Shown here piece by piece: positions 1 through 10,085 of a DNA stretch of 64,000 nt. The position numbers and the translations under genes are program-made. Position 1 is the stretch's first letter. Every line of letters begins with the position of its first letter. The notes beneath the pieces are model-generated. The model had not been told where the DNA came from. It saw only the letters and a program-made list of their open reading frames with translations, and searched no databases. Origin of the DNA: an uncultured Chitinophagales bacterium (GTDB lineage Bacteria > Bacteroidota > Ignavibacteria > UBA10030 > UBA6906); NCBI GenBank assembly GCA_964539775.1, contig CAZIKE010000002.1:7273-71272 (forward strand), given 5' to 3'.

Positions 1-19
1 ACGCGGCGACACACAGACG

Positions 20-1381
20 GTGAAGGATCTCTTTCGGACAGCCGCGGGGCTGAACATGACCGTCGTACGCACGTGGGGTTTCTTCGATGCACCGGACAGT
101 CTGAACCCTGCAGTGATCCAGTACCGACCCGGAGCGTATAACGAGCGCGCACTTCAGGCTCTCGATTTCGTGCTTCTCCAGGCCCGCATCCACAACATTC
201 GCCTCCTTATTCCACTCGTGAACAATTGGGATGATTATGGAGGGATGAATCAGTACGTCCGCTGGCGGTCGGAGGTGGGCTTCCCTTCGGAGCAGAGGGC
301 ATCCCGCTACTCAACGGAGGATCTCACAGTCCTCATTCACGGCTCCGGCGGGCGCTCTTACCGCTATGCGCTGAACGAGCACTTCGGGCACGATGACTTC
401 TATTCCGACTCGATCATCGGATACTGGTATCAGAGCTATCTTCGTATGCTCGTCAACAGGCTCAATACGTTGACGGGCATCCGATACCGGGATGATCCGC
501 ATGTTTTCGGATGGGAATTGGCAAATGAACCTCGCTCGTCCGATCGCACAGGAGCGTTGGTGCGACGATGGGTCGAGCGGACTGCCTCGTTCCTCAAGTC
601 CGTGGACCCGAACCACCTTGTGGGCACGGGCGAAGAAGGCTTCGACGTTCGCCCCTCTGACTATTCGACGGCTTTCTACAACAACCAATCGTGGCTCTTC
701 GATGGAACCGCGGGCGTTGCGTTTCGCGAAAATATTGTGACTGCGACTATTGACTTTGGCAGTTGCCATTTGTATCCTGAATCGTGGAATCTGCCGTACA
801 GCGCTGGCACGACGTGGATACGCGATCATGTTCGCGTTGCCCGTTCTGCGGGCAAGCCGTTAGTTTTGGGCGAGTTTGGCGCGCGCACGCAGCGAGCGGC
901 CGTGTACGAAAGCTGGCTCAACACGACGCTCTATGACGGCGCCTCCGGAGCGGTGGTGTGGCAAATTCTGGAGGGCCCGCGCACCGATCGTGAAGGTTAC
1001 GGGTTCCGATGTCCGCAGGAAGAGTCGACCTGTGAACACTTGCACAGAGCCGGAGAACGATTCGTTGCGAAATCCTCCGGCGTGATGCAGCCACCACCTT
1101 TGCAGATGGCGTTGTGGCAGAACTATCCAAACCCGTTTAACGGCGTGACGATCATTCCCTACATACTGCCTGTCGAAACAGATGTGAACATATCGGTCTT
1201 CACAACGACGGGCGAGCATGTGGTAACCGTGGTTGATGCAGTGCAGGGCCCGGGTGAACGCAAGGAATTACTCGATGGGCTGATGCTGGCGAGCGGAGCG
1301 TACTTCTATCAGTTGAAGGCGGCGATTCCGGGCACTGGCATCGCATACCGACGTACACGAAAATTGATCTTGCTTCGTTGA
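20..1381 (+). CDS. Glycoside hydrolase family 5 (beta-mannanase/cellulase-like) with C-terminal T9SS sorting domain; probably 5'-truncated by the window edge (frame is open upstream of position 20)
   Basis: GH5 catalytic acid motif WELANEPR and nucleophile region LGEFG. The C-terminal ~80 aa (NYPNPFNGVTIIPYILP...YFYQLKA) match the Por/T9SS CTD. No stop upstream in frame, so the true start is likely upstream of the window. Confidence 0.8.
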   Translation: MKDLFRTAAGLNMTVVRTWGFFDAPDSLNPAVIQYRPGAYNERALQALDFVLLQARIHNIRLLIPLVNNWDDYGGMNQYVRWRSEVGFPSEQRASRYSTEDLTVLIHGSGGRSYRYALNEHFGHDDFYSDSIIGYWYQSYLRMLVNRLNTLTGIRYRDDPHVFGWELANEPRSSDRTGALVRRWVERTASFLKSVDPNHLVGTGEEGFDVRPSDYSTAFYNNQSWLFDGTAGVAFRENIVTATIDFGSCHLYPESWNLPYSAGTTWIRDHVRVARSAGKPLVLGEFGARTQRAAVYESWLNTTLYDGASGAVVWQILEGPRTDREGYGFRCPQEESTCEHLHRAGERFVAKSSGVMQPPPLQMALWQNYPNPFNGVTIIPYILPVETDVNISVFTTTGEHVVTVVDAVQGPGERKELLDGLMLASGAYFYQLKAAIPGTGIAYRRTRKLILLR

Positions 1382-1435
1382 GTTTATCACAGGAGGTTGT
1401 CGCACAACGTCTTTGTTAATACCTGAAGGCTGATT

Positions 1436-3403
1436 ATGAAGAAGTTGGTATGGCTTGTTCTGTTCTTGAGTGCTCTGGTTCATCCAACTCGAAATCTTCT
1501 TGCACAGCAGTACCGGCTGGATACGCTGGCGCAGAGTCCGGCGGTTGCCCTGCCGGTGTGCATGGCGTTCACGTCTGAACGCATTCCGCGTTTCTTCTTT
1601 ACGGAGAAGAACACAGGAAACATCAAGATCTTCGAGCAGGGAGCGGTTCGACCCACGCCGTTTGCCACGTTGAGTGTCACCACGAGTGGTGAGCAAGGAC
1701 TCTTAGGCATTGCACTCCACCCGCAATATCCCGACTCTCCTTTCGTCTACGTGCAATACACGCGCAGTGGAGATCGCGCCAACGTGGTGGTACGGCTTCG
1801 CGACTCGAGCGGTATTGGTGTTGACCCGCGGACGATTGTCGTGTGCACGCGTATCAACACAGCAACCAACCACAACGGCGGCAATTGTCACTTCGGGCCT
1901 GATGGCAAACTGTACGTGAGCTTCGGCGACAACGCAACATCCTCCAACGCGCAGGACTCCACGCCAACAAACCTGCGCGGCAAGATCCTTCGTCTCAATC
2001 CCGACGGCTCCATTCCACCCGACAATCCTTTTGCAGGCACACCCTTCTGGTCCATCGGGCATCGCAACAGCTTCGACTTTACATTCGACCCGGTGACGGG
2101 CATTATGTACTGCACGGAGAACGGACCCTCGTGCGATGATGAAGTCAATCGCGTACCCGCGCGCGGCAACATGGGCTGGCCCGTCGAAGGCAATTGCACA
2201 TACACAAACAATCCGGCGTACGTTCGGCCACTCTACTACTTCCCCAGTTCGCCGCTTCCGGCGCTGACGGGCATCGTGGTGTACCGCGGCACGGCGTTTC
2301 CGCGCCTGCGCGGCAAGCTGCTGTTCACAGGGAACAGCACGCCCACGCTCTGGACGCTCACACTCACGGAGAACGGCGATACGATCGTGCCGGGGTCGTT
2401 CACCAACTTCTTTACCTACTCCACCGGATTCGCCGATGTTGAAGTTGGCCCCGACGGAAACATTTATCTGACCAATGGACCGTATAGCGCGAACCGTTTG
2501 TTACGCCTGCGACCCATTGCCCCGACGTTTACCTCAACACCCCCCATCAACGCCACGCAGGATGCACTGTATACCTATACGCCCACGTTTACCGGCACGC
2601 CGCCCGGACTGTCTCTTCTCGTCGCGCCTGACGGCATGACGGTCGATTCGACAACGTGGTCGGTGCGTTGGAGGCCGACAAATGCCCAGGCCTTACAAGG
2701 GATGCACCCTGTAACGCTGCGCGCAGAAAACGGCGGGGGCTTCGTTGAACAGTCCTTCAATATCTTCGTTGCAAATGTGAACGATCCACCCGGTGTATTT
2801 CATCTTCTCTATCCGTCCAACGACACGACGTTTTCTTTCACCAACACGCCAAGTATCCAGTTTGTCTGGACGCCATCGCAGGATCCCGATCTCGATACCG
2901 TACGCTACCGGGTGCAGATCGATACCGTCAACACCTTCAACAGTCCGGCGCTGCGCGACACATCGGCAGGAACAGACGTTTCACTCCGCGTTCCGTTCCC
3001 GCGCGTCAACCGCAGCTATTTCTGGCGCGTTGTTGCTTCGGATGGACAGATAGCGGTGTACAGCGCAGAAGTGCGGCGCTTCAACATCACAATTGTTACT
3101 GCTGTGCGCGAAGTAACGGGAAGTGAAAAAGAAACGGAACAGCAGGCAGTTCTGGAGCAGAATTTTCCCAACCCCTTCAATCCGATGACCACCATCCAGT
3201 ACACGATCCCCAAGGGAGGATATGTGCGACTTTCCGTCTTTAACTTGCTGGGACAGGAGGTTGCAAAGATCTTTGAAGGGATTCAAAGTGCAGGCACCTA
3301 CGACGTAAGGTTCAGCAACCAGGAACTTCCCACCGGCATATACTTCTACCGCATCCAGGCACCCGGCTTCGTCGAGACGCGGAAGATGATCATCACGAAA
3401 TAG
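1436..3403 (+). CDS. Secreted PQQ-dependent sugar dehydrogenase (SGDH/sorbosone dehydrogenase-like beta-propeller) fused to Ig-like/FN3-like domains and a T9SS C-terminal sorting domain
   Basis: Signal peptide MKKLVWLVLFLSALV. SGDH-family motifs GLLGIALHP and FVYVQYT in the N-terminal ~330 aa. Middle region has putative Ig/FN3 repeats. C-terminal QNFPNPFNPMTTIQYTIP...IYFYRIQA is a T9SS CTD. Confidence 0.75.
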   Translation: MKKLVWLVLFLSALVHPTRNLLAQQYRLDTLAQSPAVALPVCMAFTSERIPRFFFTEKNTGNIKIFEQGAVRPTPFATLSVTTSGEQGLLGIALHPQYPDSPFVYVQYTRSGDRANVVVRLRDSSGIGVDPRTIVVCTRINTATNHNGGNCHFGPDGKLYVSFGDNATSSNAQDSTPTNLRGKILRLNPDGSIPPDNPFAGTPFWSIGHRNSFDFTFDPVTGIMYCTENGPSCDDEVNRVPARGNMGWPVEGNCTYTNNPAYVRPLYYFPSSPLPALTGIVVYRGTAFPRLRGKLLFTGNSTPTLWTLTLTENGDTIVPGSFTNFFTYSTGFADVEVGPDGNIYLTNGPYSANRLLRLRPIAPTFTSTPPINATQDALYTYTPTFTGTPPGLSLLVAPDGMTVDSTTWSVRWRPTNAQALQGMHPVTLRAENGGGFVEQSFNIFVANVNDPPGVFHLLYPSNDTTFSFTNTPSIQFVWTPSQDPDLDTVRYRVQIDTVNTFNSPALRDTSAGTDVSLRVPFPRVNRSYFWRVVASDGQIAVYSAEVRRFNITIVTAVREVTGSEKETEQQAVLEQNFPNPFNPMTTIQYTIPKGGYVRLSVFNLLGQEVAKIFEGIQSAGTYDVRFSNQELPTGIYFYRIQAPGFVETRKMIITK

Positions 3404-3418
3404 TGAGCGATCAAGACG

Positions 3419-4651
3419 CTACTTTATCCGCTTGATCACCAACACGGTTTTATCGTCTGAGTACTCCACCATCCTGTTGTGGATTTGCACGTCTTCGAGG
3501 ATGAACTGGCAGATTTCCTTGGGCGTGCGGAAGCGATGCTGTTTCAGTTGATGGATGAGTCGTTGCTCGCCGTACAATTCGCCGTCGCCGTTCGACGCTT
3601 CGGTGATTCCATCCGTGTAGAGAAGCAGAACGTCACCCTTCCGCATGACGGTGAAATCCGTTCGATACCTCTCATCGGGGAAGGGTCCAAGGATTTGTCC
3701 GGTCGCCGGCAGCAGCTCCACTTCATCGGTCTTGCCACGGAGAAGGATGGGGTTGCTGTGTCCGGCATTCACATAAAAGAGGAGGCCTTTCTCGCTTGTC
3801 GTGAGTTCGAGGTAGACCATCGAGAGGAATTGCTCTGCCTTGAAGGTCCGGTGGACGAGGCGGTTGATCCGCGTAATAAACGTGTCCATTTTCGTTTGGT
3901 ATTCCACGCCCATGCGCAGCGCGCCGGAAACGTACAATGCCTGTGCTGCCGCTGAAAGGCCCTTGCTCGCCGCGTCGCCGATGACGACGCCAAGGCGCTC
4001 TTTGTCGCCCGACGCCTGCAAGTAGTCGAAGAAGTCGCCGCCTACGATCCGCTCCGGCAGGGAGACGCCGTACATCTCATAGCCGGAGAACCTCAACTCG
4101 TGCTCAGGGAGAATGCTGCGCTGAATCTCCCGCGCCTTATCCAGATCCTTTTCCAGCTCCGCTGCCTTCGACTCGATGCGGCGGTTTCTCAGTGCCGCAG
4201 TCAACACGCTGCTGATGATGTTGAGCGCGTATGCCTCATCCTGCTTCATGTACTCCGCATTGAAGCCGATAACGTAGGGATAGAGGCTATACCCCTTCCA
4301 CTGCACCGGCTCGCCCACACCGGTGGCGGAGTACAGCCGGATGCCGCGCTGCCGCAAATACTTGTCTGTTTCGGTTGCCACAATCGTTCGTTTGCGACCA
4401 AGTTGCAGGAACATGGGGTAGTTCAGGACCCGGAGACGGAAGTTCTTCTTGATGGACTCGACTTCGCCTGATTGATAGATCAGCCGGTACGTGCCCTGGA
4501 GAGGTTCCAATTTCCAGATACGTCCGCCCCGAATGGGGATTTCCTCGTTCCGAATGATACTCTCCAGCACGTGGCGAAGCAGATGTTCATCGGTGCGAAA
4601 TTTCTTGTTACTGAAACTTTCAATCGTTCTGTAAAGTCTATGCTGATTCAT
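3419..4651 (-). CDS. PP2C-type serine phosphatase (SpoIIE/RsbU family) with uncharacterised N-terminal sensor-like domain
   Basis: Motifs GGDFFDY, VIGDAASKGLSAA and LLLYTDGITEA are typical of PPM/SpoIIE phosphatase domains. Confidence 0.75.
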   Translation of the reverse strand: MNQHRLYRTIESFSNKKFRTDEHLLRHVLESIIRNEEIPIRGGRIWKLEPLQGTYRLIYQSGEVESIKKNFRLRVLNYPMFLQLGRKRTIVATETDKYLRQRGIRLYSATGVGEPVQWKGYSLYPYVIGFNAEYMKQDEAYALNIISSVLTAALRNRRIESKAAELEKDLDKAREIQRSILPEHELRFSGYEMYGVSLPERIVGGDFFDYLQASGDKERLGVVIGDAASKGLSAAAQALYVSGALRMGVEYQTKMDTFITRINRLVHRTFKAEQFLSMVYLELTTSEKGLLFYVNAGHSNPILLRGKTDEVELLPATGQILGPFPDERYRTDFTVMRKGDVLLLYTDGITEASNGDGELYGEQRLIHQLKQHRFRTPKEICQFILEDVQIHNRMVEYSDDKTVLVIKRIK

Positions 4652-4704
4652 CGGCGTACACGAACTGTGGTTGAGAGAAACGTGGGGAATGCACTTGCGC
4701 CATT

Positions 4705-5415
4705 CTAATCCGCATGATACTTCTTCTCGCCGACGCGGAGGGCAACGTCAACATGATCTTCCTTCCGCGGAATGGCACACGAATAGATATTGCTGTACGC
4801 ACAGTAAGGGTTGTAGGCCTTGTTCAGGTCGATTGTGTAGACAAAATTCGGGTCGGGGTGTTCTTCGCCGACCTCGACATAGCGACCGACCTTGTAAGTG
4901 TCCTTTCCGGTTGTTCTGTCCGTAAACCACACGCTCAACACGTTGCGATAGAGCGCATAGCGCTTTGCATCGTGCGGCGTAAACTTGTACACGTTGATGC
5001 GGATGGTTTTCATCATTCCATACTCGTCCGGCACATCGAACTCAAAATAGCCATACCGCAGATACCGCCGCTCTTCGTCTTTCGTTCCCATCACCGTCAC
5101 GGTTTCCGGGTGTTCGTACCGGTGAAGGATGGACCGCCCGCGGAAGTGGGGGTTGATGGGAAACCACTTGATCCCATCGTAGTGAATCGTGGTGTCGCGT
5201 TGAAACGGCGAGTCCGGGCTGCTGCGGAAGAAGTCCTCTATCGCCGCTCGGTGCTTGATATTATCCTCCACAATAGTGACACTATCCTGCGGCGAAAGCA
5301 CAGGGTGGCGCGGCGCTTTTCCACAGCCCGCGGCAATGAGGTTGGTCATCACGAATGCGTACGTGAAGCACCGGAAAGCCTTGATCGTCATGGGGTCCGT
5401 TTGAGAGAATGACAC
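4705..5415 (-). CDS. DUF1684 family lipoprotein
   Basis: Lipobox LIAAGC. C-terminal GRYVEVGEE...DLNKAYNPYCAYS...CAIP...RVGEKKY matches the DUF1684 signature (GRY..D.N.AYNP.CAY..CP...AGEK). Confidence 0.7.
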   Translation of the reverse strand: MSFSQTDPMTIKAFRCFTYAFVMTNLIAAGCGKAPRHPVLSPQDSVTIVEDNIKHRAAIEDFFRSSPDSPFQRDTTIHYDGIKWFPINPHFRGRSILHRYEHPETVTVMGTKDEERRYLRYGYFEFDVPDEYGMMKTIRINVYKFTPHDAKRYALYRNVLSVWFTDRTTGKDTYKVGRYVEVGEEHPDPNFVYTIDLNKAYNPYCAYSNIYSCAIPRKEDHVDVALRVGEKKYHAD

Positions 5416-5558
5416 GAATTGTCCGGCACTTCAAGATACGGAGCGATGGGGTGACAAGCAAAGACGCCGCATTCTCTTGCACGCTCTTGACTTCGCGACC
5501 GGCAAGGCGTATCTTGCACGGCGTTAAACCCATCCATCAACATTCTTCACTCACCGCC

Positions 5559-6380
5559 ATGAAAAAGATTCTCGTCGTCCTCCCCATGTTGGTTCTGGTT
5601 GTTCTCGCGTACGGGTTCTTCATGTTGCAGGCCCGCACCGTGCGCGCTCTGGAACAGGTGGGCATCCCGGGCAACTTCGTCAAGGAGTGTATTTGGTCCA
5701 GTTTCAGCGGCGGCTATCTGAACTACCCGAGCGTCGTCAGCCTCAGGAAGATTGCCTCCGGGGAGCGCGCTGCCGTCGTGCGCGAGATTGCTGAGTTTGC
5801 GAAAGCCTACGCGCGCTCGGACGAATTCCAGCGGAACTATAAGCAGTACCGCGAAAACCAGAAGCCGGAGAAGCCGTCTCCTCCACGAACAGTGGCCGAG
5901 CAACGTCGTGCCGACAAAGAAGACATGCAGCGGCAACTTCGCGAGGCACAGGAAAATCTGAAGCAGACACCCGCGGAATACCGCCCCATGCTTGCGCAGA
6001 CCATCGAGATGATGAAGCAACAGCTCAAAGAGATCGACAACCCGGAGAATCCCATGTACTCGCCGCACATGGAGGAGATGAACAAGCAGATGTACCAGTC
6101 ACAGCTTGAGGAGTACCAGAACCAGCTTGCGCAATGGGAGCGCGACTATCCGCCCACACCTCGTACGATGATCACAACATGGCTGACACGGTTTCTTGAG
6201 GAGTCGCGCGGCGTTGACTACAACGCCAAGCTTACCGAAGGAGAGTATGGCAAGATGGTATTTGTCAATCCTGTGTACGAGAGCAAGTCACCCCACTGGA
6301 AGATGTGCTACCGCGCAGGGCGTGATGTGGTGGAGGCCGGCCGTGCTGCTGCTGAGCAATGGCTGAAGGAATTGCAGTGA
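5559..6380 (+). CDS. Hypothetical membrane-anchored/secreted coiled-coil protein (Q/E-rich)
   Basis: Internal ATG at 5559 gives N-terminal hydrophobic segment MKKILVVLPMLVLVVLAYGFF, followed by a Q/E/K-rich predicted coiled coil. The upstream extension to 5409 would overlap the divergent gene, so the shorter start is preferred. Confidence 0.45.
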   Translation: MKKILVVLPMLVLVVLAYGFFMLQARTVRALEQVGIPGNFVKECIWSSFSGGYLNYPSVVSLRKIASGERAAVVREIAEFAKAYARSDEFQRNYKQYRENQKPEKPSPPRTVAEQRRADKEDMQRQLREAQENLKQTPAEYRPMLAQTIEMMKQQLKEIDNPENPMYSPHMEEMNKQMYQSQLEEYQNQLAQWERDYPPTPRTMITTWLTRFLEESRGVDYNAKLTEGEYGKMVFVNPVYESKSPHWKMCYRAGRDVVEAGRAAAEQWLKELQ

Positions 6381-6429
6381 ACCATAGGGGGAGCGCGGGC
6401 GTAGGTGCGTATCGCCTGTGTTCGTGGTT

Positions 6430-7293
6430 CTACTCGTTGCTTCCGTAGATCTCATCAACTCCGTACTTGCTTGCAGCCCAGAGAGCGAGGTTGGTGCAGA
6501 GTGCTGCAATGGCGTGTTTCTCCGCGTCCTTCCGCACGACAAGATCGTACGTGTCGGCAACAAACTTCATGTTTCTCAGAATCTTGCCAACCTGTTCGCG
6601 TTTGACTGCGCCATGCCAGTAGGCCACTTGCGTCTTGATCATCTCGCCGTGACGGCGCAACAACTCTCCCATCGGGAAGACCTTCTGGCTGAGCGGTGTG
6701 CGCGGCGCACAGATCTGTGTCAGGTCGTCAAAATACTCATCCCAATGCGTTGCAAAGGTGTGGTTCTCGGGTCTGCGCAGGTAACGGGCACGCTCGAGCG
6801 AGAACCGCGCCTTGGTGCGCACGCGGAACTTCGGCACCACGGGGTGCAGGTCGTAAAGCGTTTCGTAGAGATCGGGCGTTGCTTCATCAAACTCCTTATA
6901 CGCCCAGCGTCGCTTCAGTTGACGCCAGGTAGCCACACAGACAACAGGTGCCTTGCTGCTGTCGAGGTAAATGAAGCGCCCTTTCTCTGCACCCACAACC
7001 GTAATCCAGTGTCCCCATCCATCAACGCAGAGAAGCGCGGGGTAGCCGCGTTTCAGCGTCAGTAGCAATTCGTGCTTTGCGCGTAATGCGTTCTTCTCGC
7101 GCACAAACTTGATCGTACAATCGTACGCCCTTGCAGCTTTGCCGAGTTGTATTTCGTCGGTTCCGTACCACCACGTGGAACCGGCGATCTCGCTCACCTC
7201 TTTTACGTTCACGAACTCTCCGAGCATAATGAGCGCGTGTTTCAACGCAAAGGGTCCGCACTGCCATTTATTGGGTTGGGGATATAAGCTCAT
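6430..7293 (-). CDS. Hypothetical cytoplasmic protein with N-terminal papain-fold (peptidase C39-like) cysteine peptidase domain
   Basis: N-terminal WQCGPFALKHALIMLG (Cys box), GHWITVVG (His box) and a downstream IYLDSS Asp, spaced like a C39/C39_2 catalytic triad. No signal peptide. C-terminal ~150 aa unassigned. Confidence 0.4.
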   Translation of the reverse strand: MSLYPQPNKWQCGPFALKHALIMLGEFVNVKEVSEIAGSTWWYGTDEIQLGKAARAYDCTIKFVREKNALRAKHELLLTLKRGYPALLCVDGWGHWITVVGAEKGRFIYLDSSKAPVVCVATWRQLKRRWAYKEFDEATPDLYETLYDLHPVVPKFRVRTKARFSLERARYLRRPENHTFATHWDEYFDDLTQICAPRTPLSQKVFPMGELLRRHGEMIKTQVAYWHGAVKREQVGKILRNMKFVADTYDLVVRKDAEKHAIAALCTNLALWAASKYGVDEIYGSNE

Positions 7294-7601
7294 CGTCTAT
7301 GCACTCCTTCGATCCGATCCGACCACACATCCTTCCCGCCAAAGCAGGCTCCATGATGGGGGAGGAAAAATAGAGAAGAAGGGGAGAAAATCAAAGAGAA
7401 TCTCGGCCGGAGAAAATCTACCATTTTCTTTAGGAAATCCGCCAAACTCCAGGCCGCCAGTGCGGAGTGCGGTTCATGGATGAGCCAGCAGCTTTAGCTC
7501 GTGTGTAAACGCAGAGCAGCGATCGAGAACCTGTGGTGTTCTCCACCCGCAGCCGGGGTCAGAGCCGCTGTGTATCTTGAGCTTAGCGTTTTGGCAAGGC
7601 C

Positions 7602-9524
7602 CTAAAGATCGAGCGCGGTGCGCACCTTCACCAGTAGCTCATTGGGCGTGTAGGGTTTCTGCAGCACGTGCCTGGCTCCCATCGCCAGAACTTCTGCTTT
7701 CTGCTCGGGGTCGATGTAGCCGCTGGTCAGCATGAAGCGAATCATGGGATTGATCTGCAGAAGTTGCTGGAACACATCATATCCGCTGAGCTTGGGCAGG
7801 CCAAGATCGGAAAAGACAAGGTGGATTTCCTCCTGATGCTGCCGGTACACTTCCAGCGCTTCTTCACCATCACTGGCAGTGAGCACTTTGTATCCGTGCG
7901 TCTCGAGCACGGATTGTGCGAGGATGCGCAATTGCTCCTCGTCTTCGACGATGAGGATTGTTTCCGTGCCCGACGGGAGCGTCTCGGGAAATACTTCACG
8001 CACACTTTCGGCCTCGACTGCTGCGCCCTTTGTCGGCAGATACACGAGGAATGTCGTGCCTGCACCCGGCGTGCTCACCACATCGACGAAACCCGCGTGG
8101 CTCTGCACGATGCCATAGACCACGGCAAGTCCCAGCCCCGTTCCTTTGCCGCGCTCCTTGGTTGTGAAGAACGGCTCAAAGACTCTGCGACGAATCTCCT
8201 CGCTCATACCCGTTCCCGTGTCGCTCACTTCAATAACGATGTAGTGTTGCGATGAGCTGCCGGGAAACTTCGCCTGCACTTCACTGTCGGTTGCCGGTCG
8301 CGTCAGCAACGTCAGCGTACCGCCCGACGGCATGGCATCACGCGCATTGAGGCACAGGTTGATGAGGACTTGATGGAGTTGATTGATATCGACCGTAATG
8401 AGAGGGAGCTCGCGGGCAAGTTGTGTGGTGATCGTAATCGTCTTGGGAAATGTTTCCGCCAGAAGGCGTGCGACATCCTTCACCACGGTATTGATGTGGG
8501 CTGATTCGAGGACGACATCCGTCTTGCGAGCAAAGGTCAGGAGCTGGCGGACAAGCGCCGAGCCACGCTGCGACGCGCTCATGATTGCTTCCAATCCCCG
8601 CTTTACACGATCGGGGGAAGTCCGGAACCGCTGCACCATGGCGGCGTGTCCGAGGATGATGCCGAGGATATTGTTGAAGTCATGTGCGATGCCGCCTGCA
8701 AGCGTGCCCAGGCTTTCCAGACGTTGGATCTCGGTCAATCGCTTTTCCAGCGCTTTCTGTGCAGTGATGTCGCGGACCATGCCGGAAATGATATCGTTGT
8801 CGAGCGACGCACTTACCAGCACCGTCTTCTCGTGTTGGTGCTTTGTCAGCATCTCCAGTTCGAAGTTCATCACCTTGCCGGATTTCTTCAGCTCATCGAT
8901 AAAGCGCTCGCGGTCGGCCATGTTCTTGTAGTACATCAGCGCGCTGCGGGACATCATCTCCTCCTGCGTCTCGAACTCGAACATCTGCACCATCGCCGGA
9001 TTCACGTACAGGATCTCTCCCCACACGTTGCTCTTGAAGACACCCACCGTAGCATTTTCGACCAACTCCTTGTACACCTTCTCTGAGGCGGAAAGGGCTC
9101 GCTCCAGCTCGGCCCGCCGTGCAAGATCTCTCTGCAGCAACGCGGTGCGCTCGTCCACTTTTCTCTCCAGATCGTCCTTCAGGGCTTTGAATTTGGAAAG
9201 GAGCAGGGCAACAATGAGGAACATGCCCGTGCGCGAGGCTGCATTCCAGTACGTGTACGCCGGGATGCCGTTGTCTGTCTGCCAGAACGCATTGGCCGTA
9301 AGCCACGTTAGTCCGCACACCAGGCTCATAGCCATTCCTATCCACAAGCCGGAGAACCATGTCGTGAACATCACAGGGATCAAGTAGAAAATCGTCAACC
9401 CGATCTGCGGACCCGTTACGTGATCTGCTGCGCCTACGATCAGCGTCCCAAGGATGCCAAACAGGACGACGAGGTTCCGTGAGCGCGTCAGACGTTCCGT
9501 GATGGATGTGAGGGTTATTGCCAT
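7602..9524 (-). CDS. Hybrid sensor histidine kinase/response regulator (TM sensor region-PAS-HisKA-HATPase_c-REC)
   Basis: HisKA H-box [12 protein letters not shown], HATPase_c G-boxes (DTGTGMS, GTGLGL), C-terminal receiver ILIVEDEE...D. Start placed at internal MAITLT (ATG 9524). The longer ORF to 9674 would overlap the upstream gene. Confidence 0.8.
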   Translation of the reverse strand: MAITLTSITERLTRSRNLVVLFGILGTLIVGAADHVTGPQIGLTIFYLIPVMFTTWFSGLWIGMAMSLVCGLTWLTANAFWQTDNGIPAYTYWNAASRTGMFLIVALLLSKFKALKDDLERKVDERTALLQRDLARRAELERALSASEKVYKELVENATVGVFKSNVWGEILYVNPAMVQMFEFETQEEMMSRSALMYYKNMADRERFIDELKKSGKVMNFELEMLTKHQHEKTVLVSASLDNDIISGMVRDITAQKALEKRLTEIQRLESLGTLAGGIAHDFNNILGIILGHAAMVQRFRTSPDRVKRGLEAIMSASQRGSALVRQLLTFARKTDVVLESAHINTVVKDVARLLAETFPKTITITTQLARELPLITVDINQLHQVLINLCLNARDAMPSGGTLTLLTRPATDSEVQAKFPGSSSQHYIVIEVSDTGTGMSEEIRRRVFEPFFTTKERGKGTGLGLAVVYGIVQSHAGFVDVVSTPGAGTTFLVYLPTKGAAVEAESVREVFPETLPSGTETILIVEDEEQLRILAQSVLETHGYKVLTASDGEEALEVYRQHQEEIHLVFSDLGLPKLSGYDVFQQLLQINPMIRFMLTSGYIDPEQKAEVLAMGARHVLQKPYTPNELLVKVRTALDL

Positions 9525-10072
9525 TGCTCTGGTGTATTCTTTCTCAGGGAACCCACGTCCCGAACAATCGAGACGGCAAGCGCGACCACGGCCGCACCGC
9601 TGACAGCAACGCCCGTCCAGCGGACGATCATTGCCATCGGCTCCGCTGCATCGAGACGGTCGGCCAGCAACCAATGCCAGTCATGGATCAAGCCTTCCCG
9701 AATCAACTTGAGATTGCGGTAAGGTGCATCGCCGATGTACGCGGCAACGTTGACGAGATTCTCTCCGAACCAGAACAACGAATACGCGCTCTGCCGGGGT
9801 TTTTCACGAAGCGTCACCACCGCCAGCGCAAGCGGAAGAAGACATTGCATGAGAGATCCTCCGAGGATCGCCATCGTTCGACCGAGCGGGGCAAAGATCA
9901 CGTGTCCCGCCTCGTGCATGAACAGGTTCACCAGGTCCAGCACCCACAGCACAAACGGCGGCTGAAAACCCAGGGGATCGGCCGGGTGATACTCGAAGGC
10001 GACAAACCAGAACACGTATGCCAGAGAACATGCAATGATGAATCTCGCGGCAATGCGCACGTGTTGTTTCAC
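9515..10072 (-). CDS. Hypothetical polytopic membrane protein with HExxH motif (putative zincin-like metalloprotease, DUF3267-like)
   Basis: Several hydrophobic helices. HEAGH motif follows a TM helix. Overlaps the HK start by ~10 nt. Confidence 0.4.
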   Translation of the reverse strand: MKQHVRIAARFIIACSLAYVFWFVAFEYHPADPLGFQPPFVLWVLDLVNLFMHEAGHVIFAPLGRTMAILGGSLMQCLLPLALAVVTLREKPRQSAYSLFWFGENLVNVAAYIGDAPYRNLKLIREGLIHDWHWLLADRLDAAEPMAMIVRWTGVAVSGAAVVALAVSIVRDVGSLRKNTPEQWQ

Positions 10073-10085
10073 CGCCGTGCCGGAG

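Noticed and set aside
4714-5412. 232-aa plus-strand ORF
   Set aside because: Antisense shadow of the DUF1684 gene. Arg/Val-rich composition with no motifs. The minus-strand frame carries the conserved DUF1684 signature.
5409-5558. N-terminal 50-codon extension of ORF 5409..6380
   Set aside because: Non-hydrophobic and would overlap the divergent DUF1684 gene start. The internal ATG at 5559 begins a canonical hydrophobic N-terminus.
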